The position numbers and the translations under genes were made by a program. From Squalus acanthias (taxonomy: Eukaryota): DNA of 64,000 bases. The notes under the pieces were generated by a model that saw nothing but the letters and a program-made list of their open reading frames with translations, had not been told where the DNA came from and did no database searches. Positions 49,246-61,310 of this stretch are shown here, in pieces (position 1 is the stretch's first letter; every line of letters begins with the position of its first letter). The stretch lies in assembly GCA_030390025.1 (NCBI GenBank), contig CM059437.1, positions 80,352,001 to 80,416,000 on the forward strand, written 5' to 3'.

Positions 49246-52200
49246 CGTCTATTCTCTCTCAGACTTACCACTGACCATGTCTGATTGGGACGTGCGTTTG
49301 ATTGACAGGATCTCAAATCACATTGGGCTGGAGGGGAGGAGGGGGCTTCTTACTGCATTTAGATTCAATTAAAGACAACAGCAATATTTTAAAATATATA
49401 TTCATACTAATAGCATGATGCAGACCTTGTATTATGCGGTGCGAAGATTAGGGTAGGAATGTTTCATGCACCTCTATGAAACTCCTTGTTGCAGTATTTT
49501 ATTGGCGGTGTCACCATTTCTTTTCATTTATTTGAAAAGGGGTTAATGCCTCGATTAAAGCAGCAGATAAAGGAACTTCATACAAATGTATAAAGCATTT
49601 AGATGCTAATCTTTGCACAATGTCATTTTAATGCGGCAGTGTACATATTTATAATGTTTTAATTAAACAGACGTGTATTTTCTGATAGTAGCACCTTAGT
49701 GACAGCACTTGGAAATTCAAAGAAAATCCAACTGTGCAAATTGAGTAGGGAAGTTTTCAAACTATAGTTAGGTATGATTTAATATCTACATTGCAAGAGA
49801 GGGAGAGACCAAGAGAGGAGCTCAGCCAAGAGCTGAAAGAATCACTTCGCCTAACATAGCACCTCACACATTCTACACCAGGCAGATCATACTGTATATT
49901 TATTTATTTACTTATTTAAATAAACCCCATTCATGATCCCATTCTGTTAGCAGTAAACAAGTGATGGAAATACCCGAAGCCTTTATGAGCCGTTTGCAAC
50001 ATGAATAGATCGAAATTGACAGAGTTTAATTACATAAGCTTTGCATTTTTTGTTTTTAAAGTGACCATCGGTGTGAACCAAATTAATTAGAGAATCTAAC
50101 AGAGAGCCAAACACGCTGACACAAATGATCAGCAAAACCTGTATCAAGCCCAGAGTGGCTGCAAACAATTTCTGCAGATGAATAGTCCCTTATTGTACAG
50201 AAAATCAAATATCCCCACAGACCATTTCTTGGGATCTCCTTTACAGAAACCGCTCAATAGATGAAAAGGTATTTAATATAAAGCTGAACACGCTCTTATT
50301 CCCATCTCTATTTAATGATTACTATTTTGTGAAGTGGGCTATAAAGGTTTCATTCCTGTGTCGCTCAGGAACAACTTGTTTGTCTCGCCAGTGTCGTCTC
50401 TCCTCTCAAACACTATCGCTATTCGCTGTTTCTTGCACTCTTTCCCAGTCTCAATTGTTTGAGTTGTGTAGATTGTTCGATCGCATTGGAGTTTGTACAG
50501 ATTGTAATCGCATTGAATTCGAGTTTAAGGCAAGTTAAAAATACACAACTACTAGGGGGAATAAGTAAATATTCACCGGAGATGGAATGCAAAGGTGAGG
50601 TTATCCAGCTAAGAGAAGTGAAGAGTTTGGTACTTTCAATTTGTGTTCGCCTCAGCTCCCACACGGAAGCAGAGAGCGTCGCCAGCCCGAGACCATTCCC
50701 CACTCCAGTATTTTAATTCACACCGTGAAATATAGCCCCATAAAAGAGAGCGGTGTGGGTGGGTGAGTGCCGGAGTGTGTGAGAGAAAGGGAGCGTGTCG
50801 TGTGTTGTAGCGTGTGTGTACGAATGGGATGTGTGTGTGTGTGTGTAAATGCGTGTGTTTGCGGCATATATCGCACTGTCACTCATACACATACATATTT
50901 ACACGCACATACATAGTCACGCACTAACACATATATGTACTAACACATACATATACTAACACACACTAATACACTAACACATACATACACTAACACACAG
51001 ACACACACACACCATGGCGAAATGTGAGAGTGACATTAAGATCAGAGTTACAAATTGCAGACAACCTCTTCACAGACGGCGCTGAGTTAGTTTAGGAGTG
51101 AGATACACCCGAACATCTTGCATTTAAGCCAGAATGAGCGACTATCGTTCCTAGTGAGCACTCTTCGACGGTGTGGGTGAAGGAGAAGGCGAGGGTCCTG
51201 ACAGAGAGCAGCCCCGAGCCCCGCGCTCCCTGACACGGATAAAACCCGCAGCGCGTCCCGGGAGAGGCGGCCTCGAACCCGGCTCCTGAGGACACAGGAG
51301 GCTCGGGACTCAGCCCGGTCCAGTTATATTCCAACAATTGCTCCCAGCGGGAACCGAGCGCCCACACAGAGTAAGCGCTCCTTTACCTATTCCTGCTGCC
51401 TTTTCACACCGATACATTCCGAAAACGCAGCAACGTGCAGGAAGCTGTTTTATATTGGTCTTCCTCTCATTAGGTTTAACACAAGAAATTCATCGATTTC
51501 ATTGCAGGTAATATGAAGATTCCTCTGATTTTAAACTATATATAAAGTTGACTAAAAGGCTCGCCGTTCAACCTCAGCACACAATACCCAGGAAAGCAGC
51601 AACTCCGTGGAAAACCCCAGCCCTGAATTCAATTACCAAAAAAGGTCATAATATTTAAATTTACAGAACCGCCTGATTATGTCACTTCGAAATAACCAGA
51701 TAAATTCACGAATGTTAGAATCAGTAAGTTACGAGTCATGTTTTAATCAGAAATCCTGTTATCTGATAGCCGATCCAGACCATTATTCAAAGAGAAATTT
51801 GAAACCAGAAATTCACGGGGATTACTGCCGCTACTATGGGGAATTTTCAGGTTATTAAAACTAAAGTCGATGAAAAAGCTGACGTGGATCTCGGTTCTCA
51901 CGTCCCGGTTGTTGGGGGAGATTCTGGATGCAGGTTAAATCTAAAACCCTATGCATATCCCCCAAATGTTTAATTCACATTCTTTCCTGCAATCTGCTAA
52001 CCCAACGAGGGATGTCTGCAAAATCCCAAACACCAGAACTCTATTTTAATAATTAAATGTTTTGTTCTAATAAGATTCATTTCTCTGTGTATCTGCTCTT
52101 TGCTCCTCTCGCAGTTCCCACTTGTTTCCATACTCCTTTTATTACTGTAGGTTTGCCCGGAGCCCGTTCCCTAGACACTGTCTAGCACTGAGGCAACTTT

Positions 52201-52325
52201 TAAGGTTAAAGTCTGGCAGTATTGAAAGGGTTACCCCTCGGAGGACTCCAGGAATGTTTCAGTTCCTGAGAAACAGATGTGTTTCCCATCACTCCATTGC
52301 TTGAAACAAAAAATCAACCGTTGCG

Positions 52326-52765
52326 GAATATCACACCTGGAATATCACACTGAATACTACTGTAAACTAAATCACACAATAGTGTAGAGTACACCAGCCT
52401 CACTATTACTAAACTACAGCACATTACAGTATACTCCGAATATCACACCTGGAATATCACATTGAATATTGCATTAAACTAAATCACACATCAGTGTACA
52501 GTACCCCAACCTCACTATTACTAAACTACAGCACATTACAGTATACTCCGAATATCACACCTGGAATATCACATTGAATATTGCATTAAACTAAATCACA
52601 CATCAGTATACAGTACCCCAACCTCACTATTACTAAACTACAGCACATTACAGTATACTCCGAATATCACATCTGGAATATCACACTCTGAGAACTAAAT
52701 CACACAGCCGTGTACTCCTAATATCATCAATTAGTAAACTATACCACACTACAATATACTCTGAA
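52326..52765. repeat. 112-bp tandem repeat: three full copies plus one degenerate copy
   Basis: GAATATCACACCTGG (or ..CATCTGG) starts at 52326, 52438, 52550 and 52662. Confidence 0.92.
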
Positions 52766-54287
52766 TTTTACAATAAATTGAATCAGGTTACTGAATCTGA
52801 CACTGCGGTTAACACCGAATATAACACTCTAATAACACATTATAGAACTCTATGAATGCCATCTATCACACTCTGAATCCTACACCACCTGACAAACTGT
52901 GGCTATCACACTGTGCAGATACTGAGTGTCTTTCCAGTTCCAGCAAACTGTACAGAAAAATGACAATGGCGAAGTCATACAGTTGCTGCAGATAAACACA
53001 GAGCCTATCTCAGCATCGGATCACAGCGGGTCGGACTCCCTGTCCATTCACTCCTATTGTACCGAGTACAGAATCCAGACACAACACAACCCCTAAGCCA
53101 CACAAAGCAAGAATCCAGACAGAAACATTCCCCAATTATTCCCAATTCTATCGCGACGTATACAGAATGCTGTCCGTTAGACCAAACCAGCAATCTCCCA
53201 CACAAGTAACAAGTCTCCTGCAAAGATTTTACACTCTGATTAATAGATAGTGAAATCTTTCGACATTTTCAGCTCGAATACATCTGAATGTTTTGGAAGA
53301 AGTTTGGGAAGGGAGTTAGCGAGTAAAGTGGGCAATCTTTCCGCAAACAGGTGCGGGTATGCGGTAAGCACCAGATCAGTAAATGTAGCCTGGTTAGAAC
53401 CGGCAGCTGCTGCAAAAGAAACACCAGGACCCTGGTCGCTTTCTGTGTAACTTTTGATAAGAGGATGTTTTTTTTTAACGAGTGTGTTGTAGTTTGTTCT
53501 CAGTGTCTAAGAGATAATTTTGACTCCCAATTGAACAGTGGGCAGCAAAGCCTTTAATATAAAGTCGAGTCCGTTTGGATTTTGATGGAAACGGCACACC
53601 ATATATTGTACTATTGATTGTATTGTCCCCTGCCTGCTTGCTGGCAATGTCAATCGTTTCGAAAATATCCATTACACTCTCATATAGAAATGTACAGCTC
53701 CTCATGCACAGAGCACAAGGTAAACGCAACTGGAACTGAGCTGAAAGGACAATAACACGACCATCGGTTTCCAGGGCCATTCACTGGTTATAAGGAAATC
53801 AACTTTTATTTAATGCGTTTACGAGACCAACTTTTCAATGAATGTTCTTCTATTAAAATCCCCAAATACTCAATTCAGAAAAAAAACCTTCCCCAAGTGC
53901 GAGCGCCCGCTCACACCATTATAACATCTGCACAGTGGTTCTGGTAAAGCATTGAAGCTTTGTTTTATTATTGAGAAAATGTTTTTAGCACTTCAATGTA
54001 CCCGTGCTTGGGCAGCATGACACAGCTCTGGAGTAGGATAGAAGGGGGGGGGGGGGGACTGAAGAAGTACAGAGCACTTGAGTGTGGGACAGTGCGGATG
54101 TCTGAGTGTGAATATGTGTGTCTGAGTTGTGTGTCAGTGTCTCTGAGTGTGAAATGCGTGTGACTGTATGCGTCTGTGTTTATCTGAGTGCATTGTCATT
54201 GTGGGTGTTTGAATGTGTACGGATAGGTGCGTGTCTGGGTTAATATTCGTGTCTGAGTGTAGTGTATATCTGTGATTATGTGTGTAA

Positions 54288-54660
54288 TGTGTATCTGTTA
54301 GTATGTGTGAATGGATGTGCATTTGAATGTGTGTCTGTGTGTCTGAGGGTGTATGTATATATGTTAGTATGTGTGAATGGGTGTGTATCTGAATGTGTGT
54401 CTGAGGGTGTATGTATATATCTGTTAGTATGTGTGAATGGATGTGTATCTGAATGTGTGTCTGAGGGTGTATGTATGTATCTGTTAGTATGTGTGAATGG
54501 GTGTGTATTTGAATGTGTGTCTGTGTGTCTGAGGGTGTATGTATCTGTTAGTATGTGTGAATGGGTGTGTATTTGAATGTGTGTCTGTGTGTCTGTGGGT
54601 GTATGTATCTGTTAGTATGTGTGAATGGGTGTGTATTTGAATGTGTGTCTGTGAGTATTT
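54288..54660. repeat. ~60-68-bp GT-rich tandem repeat, about 6 units
   Basis: TGTTAGTATGTGTGAATGGRTGTG recurs. Confidence 0.88.
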
Positions 54661-56537
54661 GTGTCTGAGGGTGTATCGATGTGGGTGTATCTCTGAGTTT
54701 GTGTAAGTGTTTGTGTTTGTGAGTGTGTCAGAGAGAGTGTGTTAAACCGGGGAAACACATAAACAAAGCAGTTCGTCAATAGTGAGTGTTACAGGTCAGT
54801 AAGTCCACATGATGAAGGTTTATTTCAAATACATTCCTCAGCCACACCAAGGAGGCAGCTGTACAGGAATCCTGCTAACTAGCTATTGATCCAGTTGGCC
54901 TTAACTGTTGTGAACATGAAGGGCCAGGAAGGACGCCGTGCAACTACATTTCAAAATGGAAAGAAGATTCTCAACAAACCAATTTATGTCCTTGCCGGCG
55001 CGAAGCTCGGAGAATGCTGATGCGCTTCTCGCCAACACAAGCCTTGCATGTTAAACACGCCAGCTCCAGATCCCAACCCTCCTGGGCTGGGTATTAAATA
55101 GAACAAAGGAACTATCAGCAAGGCTACCTTTACACTTCCACACAGAAGCAGGAATGCCATTCGGATTGTGGCTATCAAATTATGCTTGTCTCTCTGTTCC
55201 AAACTTCTACGGCGCCCCCCACCCCCCATATCTGTATGAGAAGCAGAGGCAGGCCGACATGTCTATGTATTCGGAGAGAGGCAGGCAAACTACAGATGTG
55301 AGCTGGGAACTAATTCAAGCAAATAGCACACAGCTGCAAGAACCTGTTGTGTAGTTTCGCTGACAAGCTGGAGGTGATCGGCTTCAAACCGAGGAAAGTG
55401 AATATTTTTGAGAAATAAAACGAAAAAAACTCAACAAGCCAACGCAGTTTCAGTTTCCAACATAAGATTTTTTTTCTCAAACATTTATTAAATTAGAAAA
55501 CAAACTTTAACAAAAAAAGGTGGAGTAGAATGTCATGATATATTAATCCCAACGGGAGCAACTCTTGGGAAAGACTGAATGAATCGTTTTTACAGTGAGT
55601 GCCTTGAACTTAAATGAACAGCTTCAAACCCTAGGCCTTATCCGAGGATAAACATAATGTTAGCCCAGTTTAAACTTGTGAGCTCAGCTGATTAACAGTA
55701 ACCCTTCGAGCCCCGGCAGTCCCTTGCACCCCTCGCCCCTCACACAGCATCCGCGCCAATAGCATTCGGAGAATTTCTAATGAATATGTATTGAAGTGTG
55801 CAGGATGTGTGCAGGAGCATCGATCAGGTAACTCAAGACCCATCTCAAGCAACCTCTTCTGGCCTTGGGATTTGATGCAAAAACCACTGGGGCAATCGTT
55901 GAAGGGTTAATTTAATCAATGTTGTCGGTGGAAAGCTCACAAACAACGCTGGGGGAATAAGAGATCGGCAGACCCTCTCGGGTACAACACCGAGCTGCTC
56001 CCTGGCGTTCCTATATTTATAACATGCCTTACAAATTCCCATTCAATTTCATTTCATACGGAAAATTCACTTTTTTTGATTGTAAACATTTGCTTTTAAA
56101 GGATTTCAGTAACAGGTGAAGTAATGTTTTTGTTCGTAGATGAATCGAATTGGTTGAGTTTGTAAGAAACTCTGTAATGGTCTTTACACTCTTGCCCAAT
56201 AAGCAGTAGACCCTGACTGAAATCGATCCACCAACCTGAGGACCTTCCCCACTTAAATAAAACAAAACATTGGCTTCACGTTATTACAATTGTCGTCCTT
56301 CAACCTGAAAGTGTGATCACACCTCACTAACATGATAAACCCTCTTCCTTCTCCTCTCCACAGCCACTTTCTGGTTACGGGCACAGTTACCTTTCAGAAC
56401 TCATCCGGGTGTCCTGTAACCACTTTCCCCAAATGGGAAATTATCAGAACCTCAAAAGCTCTCATCAAACAAATTGCCGACTTAGCAAGTTATTGTGTGG
56501 TATGTAGATCCATGTAAAGGAGAAACAAGAAAGTTAC

Positions 56538-59500
56538 CTTCTTTGTTGGTACTTGCAGGCTTGGCCTTTTCCCACGGTGCCATTTGCTTGTCTTCATCCT
56601 GTGGATCCATCATGGCCTTGTCGTTAGGCATGTACCAGGTAGAGTTATGCTCTGCCATCAATGACTCAATGTCTATAGTGCTGATGGCAGCTTTACTATT
56701 GTCCGTGCCACAAGCGGCCAGTTCTGTGTCCCCATTCTGGCCGGCGCATTCAGCTTTTTTGTTCTTCATGGCAAGGGGCTGGTCTTCTGATATGCTAAAC
56801 TGTTGCCGCTGTAGCTGAATCTGTGCTTGCAGGATCTCCAGCGGGTGGATCTCGTCCTGTGTTGACGTGCTGGTTGGAGTGCGAACCTGCTCCATGCCTG
56901 GTGTGCCCGGGTGCCCACTCCCGGTGCTGCTAAGCCCAAAGCTGTCAGTGACAGGCCCTGTGTTGGAGGTAGTGTTGCTGTTAGGGTGTGCATTGAGCAT
57001 GCCGTGACCCATCTGTTTCTGGCTGCTCATCAGCCCGTGGTCAGCTCGCTGCAGTTTGGGGGAGCTGGTCACTAACCGGCTGGGCTTGGATATATTGTTG
57101 TCAGAGCTTGAAGACACCTCGTCTTCGTTCCCATAGTTGTTGCTGACATCGTCGGAAAAATCGACTTGAGGTGAGCTGCCATCTGATTTTGTCACACTTT
57201 GAATCCCACTGTCGAGGGAGGACATGAGGTCAGGTTGGTCAGGGAGTAGGAGGTCATTCCCTTTTGCCCATGATGGAGAGGTGAGGGACTTATCTTGCGG
57301 GGTCCCACCTCGATCTCCAGCATGTGTAGACTGACCCTGTTGCCCTGGACTGACCACCGGATTCACATTCTCAGCTGAATATTTGTCAAAGAAGTTCCCT
57401 GGACTGACGTGGCCACTGTCCCTTTTTCTCCTCCCTCTCCCTCTCCCCGTCTGTCCTTTGCCTTCACTTGGGACCGCCTCCAAGCCATAGTTTGGGGACA
57501 GGTTGCACTCGGGTTGGGACGGCTGGTTCTGCCCCTGTGTGCTGTTCTGGGCTGCAGGTGTGGCCAGCTTGCCGCTCCCGTTGCCAGAGACACCCATCTG
57601 GCTATTTTGAGGAGTGTTGCTCTGGAAGTACTCCGACCCGTTGCCATTGCTCCCAGTGGAGGCGCCGCCAACATTCCCACCTCCACCTCCACTGTTTGGC
57701 CCGCCGCTGCTGTTGTCCTGCTCGGTTTGACTCAGTTTACGTTTCCCTTCATTCTGATTCTTTTTGTTAAATGTGACATTGAGGTTTGGAGCCCCCAAAC
57801 TGGCGATCATGTTCTGACAGGCCGTAGAGAGGGCAGCCAGGCAGCTCTGTCCATAAATGGTATTATCCTTTGCACCAGGCTTGTTGAAGGAGCCCAGCGA
57901 AAGGGACCCTATCTTACTCATTGAGGGACGCTGGTTGGGCTGAAATTCGGACTGGGGTGGGTAGTTACCGGGAGATGGAGGTACTCCAGGGGGATTGTTG
58001 TGTGGGTTTGCCGGTCGGTTTGGTCCCCCAAACGGAAAGCCCGGTTGTCCGCCCATTTGGGGACCTGGGAAATCAGGCCCAGGTCTTCTATCAGTTGTAG
58101 CGTTGGGGAGGCCCATGCCCCCACTGGGAGACTGCATCTGAGTGACATTGCCCATATTATTGCCAAATTGAGAGTGCATCCCAGGAGAGTGCAACCCCTG
58201 TACATGTCCGTCGCCTGGCATTCTCATTGGCTCTTGCATACCTAGTCCATTCCCACCTGGCCTAAACAGCATACTTGACCCATTCTGCTGTAAGTTCATC
58301 TGGACAGATTCATGGGGGCTCCCTTCAGGGGGCACAGCAGATCCACCCATCCTTCTCTGAAGCATATCTCCTGGTGGGTGGGGGCCTGGAAACCAGGAGT
58401 TTTCCTGACCCATCTGTGGATTCTGAGGATCAAAATTCGGCATCCTCCCACCGCTTTCCCTCTCAAAGTTTGGCTGTGACATATTTCCCACTTGGTTGCT
58501 GTGCACCATGCTGTTTTGATTGACGTCTCCATGGTGACCTAGATGCTGGAGATCAGGTTGCCTCATTCTGTGCCGCTGGTTCCTCGATACCATTTGCTTA
58601 AACATCATCAGCATGTTTTGGCGCTGCTGCAGGGACTGCTGGTCCGTCCCTGGATGCTGCAGAGGTGGGCCTGGGGGGAAGCCCTCTGGACCAGGCGGCG
58701 AAAACTCATTGGGAAGACCAGGGTATGCAGAGGGCGATAAATGGTTTTCCAAGCTTGCGTTATGCATACTGTTACTACTCCAAGTAGCACAATTGTCTAC
58801 ATTGTGGTTATTTGCAAAGTCAAACCTTGGCCGCTTTGCCACGTTGAGATATGGAGCGTCAAAATGTTGTAGTCTCTGGTTGGGCTGCTGTTGAATGTTG
58901 AACATAGGCTCGCTGTAAGGGTGCATATTTCTGTTCTCTAATCTTTGAATTGGGTATTCAAAAGGAGCATGCTGATTCTGCATCATTGCCCCATTGTCCT
59001 GCAGACTGGAGTTAGGAGCCCCGGCCTCTGCTTGCTGTTGCCTAGGTATCGCTGGTGGACAAGAGTTCTGTCGAGCAAGCAAACCTGCCTGTTGCGGCAT
59101 TAAAGGATTCCTGGCAGCGACCCCAGGCTCCATGCCCACAGACATCTTTCGAGCATTCCCAAACCTTTCGTAAAATACACCATGCTGTTGCTGAGGGTGG
59201 ACTTTGCCCATGCTCACCAGGCCTGGCGTCCTGGGCATGGCAGGATTGGCAGGAAAGTTACTGCTGGGCACCTGCCTGCCGGTGCCATAGTGAGGGAGCT
59301 GGGCATTGGACTCCGAAGGGGAAAACACTGGCAAGTCAAAGGGCCCCGAAGGGGGATCATTCGGGTAGTTGTATTCCATTGAATCCACTGGGGGCTGGTT
59401 CTGCAAACGTCTCTGCTCCAGTGCATGTGCATCGGATGAGGAAGAGGCTGGAAGCCCGTGAAAAGAGGCAGCTCGGTTGGGAGATTGGTCCAGAGGAAGG

Positions 59501-60204
59501 CAAGGTGTGTGGTTAGATGCCGGGGTATGGTGTTGGTGGTATTCCGTGAGGTTACCTGATCTCCCCGGTGGTGGCTGCTGCTGCGGCGGCGGCGGCTGTC
59601 CGAAAGCTTCGCCTCCCCCTCCTCCTCCTCCTTGACTCTCGGCCATGGGATCGTAACTTTCTCCAAAAGCTTGCTGCTGTCCACTCAGAGGGTTGCCGCT
59701 GTAGCCGGGAGTGCCCAGGAGGCGGCCCCCGTGCAGGCAGGAAGGGCCGGGGTCAGATCCGCAGAAGCTGCCGCTGAAGTGGTGGTGGGCGTGCGGGTGG
59801 TGGTGATGGTGCCCGTTGGGGAAGTAGCCGTGCGCCGGCTGGGGCTGAGGCTGGGGCTGGGGCTGGGGGGGAGGAGGAGGAGGAGGAGGAGGAGGCGGCT
59901 GGGGCTGGGGCTGAGGCTGGGGCTGGGGAGGCGGCGGCTGCTGTTGCATGGCCCCGGCTCCGTGCAGCTCCGAGTGTCCCCGACTGTGGAAGGCGTACGG
60001 CTCGCCGCCCAGCGCCGGGCTCATGCCCATCGCCAGCATTGGGGGCTCGCTCAGGGGGTTGATGCCCTGTTCGCCCATGGCGTTGCCACTCCCGCTGGGG
60101 AAACTCGGGCTTTTGTAGTGCCCCGACATCCCCAGGGCGGACTGGCCGAAGTTTCTCTCTCCTCCTTGGCCACTGCTCCTGCTGAACTGATCCAGCCCGA
60201 ACAT
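56538..60204 (-). CDS. MN1: MN1 transcriptional co-regulator (meningioma 1), coding exon 1 (1222 codons + 1 nt)
   Basis: The ORF 56482..60213 contains MN1 hallmark peptides: MFGLDQF start, [101 protein letters not shown]. The ATG is at 60204-60202; the ORF finder began at an upstream TTG. The splice donor AAG|GTAACT lies at 56538/56537. Confidence 0.97.
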
Positions 60205-60222
60205 ACTTCCCAAAGCCCCCGA

Positions 60223-60234
60223 TCAATACGGCAT
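60223..60234 (-). promoter_or_regulatory. Micro-uORF ATG CCG TAT TGA (MPY*), 18 nt upstream of and in frame with the MN1 ATG
   Basis: Minus strand reads GCTGTC ATG CCG TAT TGA TCG GGG GCT TTG GGA AGT ATG TTC. Confidence 0.7.
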
Positions 60235-61219
60235 GACAGCCGAGCCCCCTGGAGCTGATCTTCTCAATCGCAAACACAGGAAATCAAAATAATATTTACA
60301 GGGTTTAAAAAAAAAACCCAAATCAAAATAAACAATAAAAGTAAATAGAAAAAAAAAATAAAGAATCCGGTTGCTTCAGTATCTCAAGTCCAATAATAAA
60401 CACAATGAGCAAGGTTTGCAGAGAAACTCACCCTGCCAGGATCACATTGTGATTCCACTCTCTACAATGTCACTTCAGCCTTCATATCATCATTTTTTTT
60501 GTTCTGTTGATTTTTGTTAAAAAAAATATATTTCTTGGGGTTTTATTATTTATTCTTAATTTCCTCTCACTGTCCCTCCTCTTGGGTAAGACAAATGAAA
60601 TCTCCCAGCGCTGTTATAATCAGGAAGGGGGGGGTTTGGAGTTTTTTTCTAGTGTCCAGCGATAGTCCAGAGAAAAGCGATGGGATGAGATTTGGCAGAA
60701 GGCGCTCGGGCACTGCACACGCTGCCCGCTTACACTGGCTCCAAACTTGCATCCATCCACTGACTTGAGATCTCCCGAAGCAAACAATCCTGGCCGGAAT
60801 ATTTTAGTTGCAATTCTCGTTCCCTTTTTTTAAAAAAAAAGCTTGATCCAACACATGTGAGTGAGTAGAAGGTTAGCACTGTGTCTGTTCTCTCTCTGTC
60901 TGTGCGCCTCTCTCTCTCTCTCTCTCTGTCTCGATCACTGGTGCTGGCGAGAGGAACACAGCCTGATCTCATCCCCCGGAAAGCCAGCAACAAGTTTGCA
61001 TACTGGTATCTGCAATCAATTTCAGCCATTATTCCTCCACCAATCATTGCTACGCATGCTCCTGGCCAGAAGGCGGGGCTTGGAGTTAAGGTGGACTGAG
61101 GTGGCCCCCTTAAAAAAAAGAGAAAGACAAAGAGGAAAACGCACAAAAAGGGAAGAGAGAGAGAGAGAAAAAGAGAGAGGGGGACTCCAAAGTCCATGTC
61201 GGACCCAGAGCGCGGGTCT

Positions 61220-61310
61220 CATTGATAAGCGAGGGCTTATCTCTATGCATTTATAAATCAGCTGCAGTTAGAAAATTATTTTGCAACTGCATTCACGCTG
61301 GGGCGGCGTT
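61220..61310 (-). promoter_or_regulatory. Candidate MN1 core promoter (TATA-like box, GC box, paired GATA sites)
   Basis: TATAAAT on the minus strand at 61255-61249, GGGGCGG near 61299-61305, and inverted GATAAGC...GCTTATC at 61224-61241, about 1 kb upstream of the ATG. The TSS is inferred, not observed. Confidence 0.4.

Larger units (their letters stand above)
30213..56537 (-). other. MN1: MN1 intron (26,325 nt, GT-AG, phase 1)
   Basis: GT at 56537-56536 and AG at 30214-30213; the reading frame joins correctly (K-E-A-H). Confidence 0.93.

Noticed and set aside
56495-60277. Antisense and alternative-frame ORFs overlapping MN1 exon 1
   Set aside because: These are expected shadows of a long GC-rich coding exon and contain no recognisable domains.
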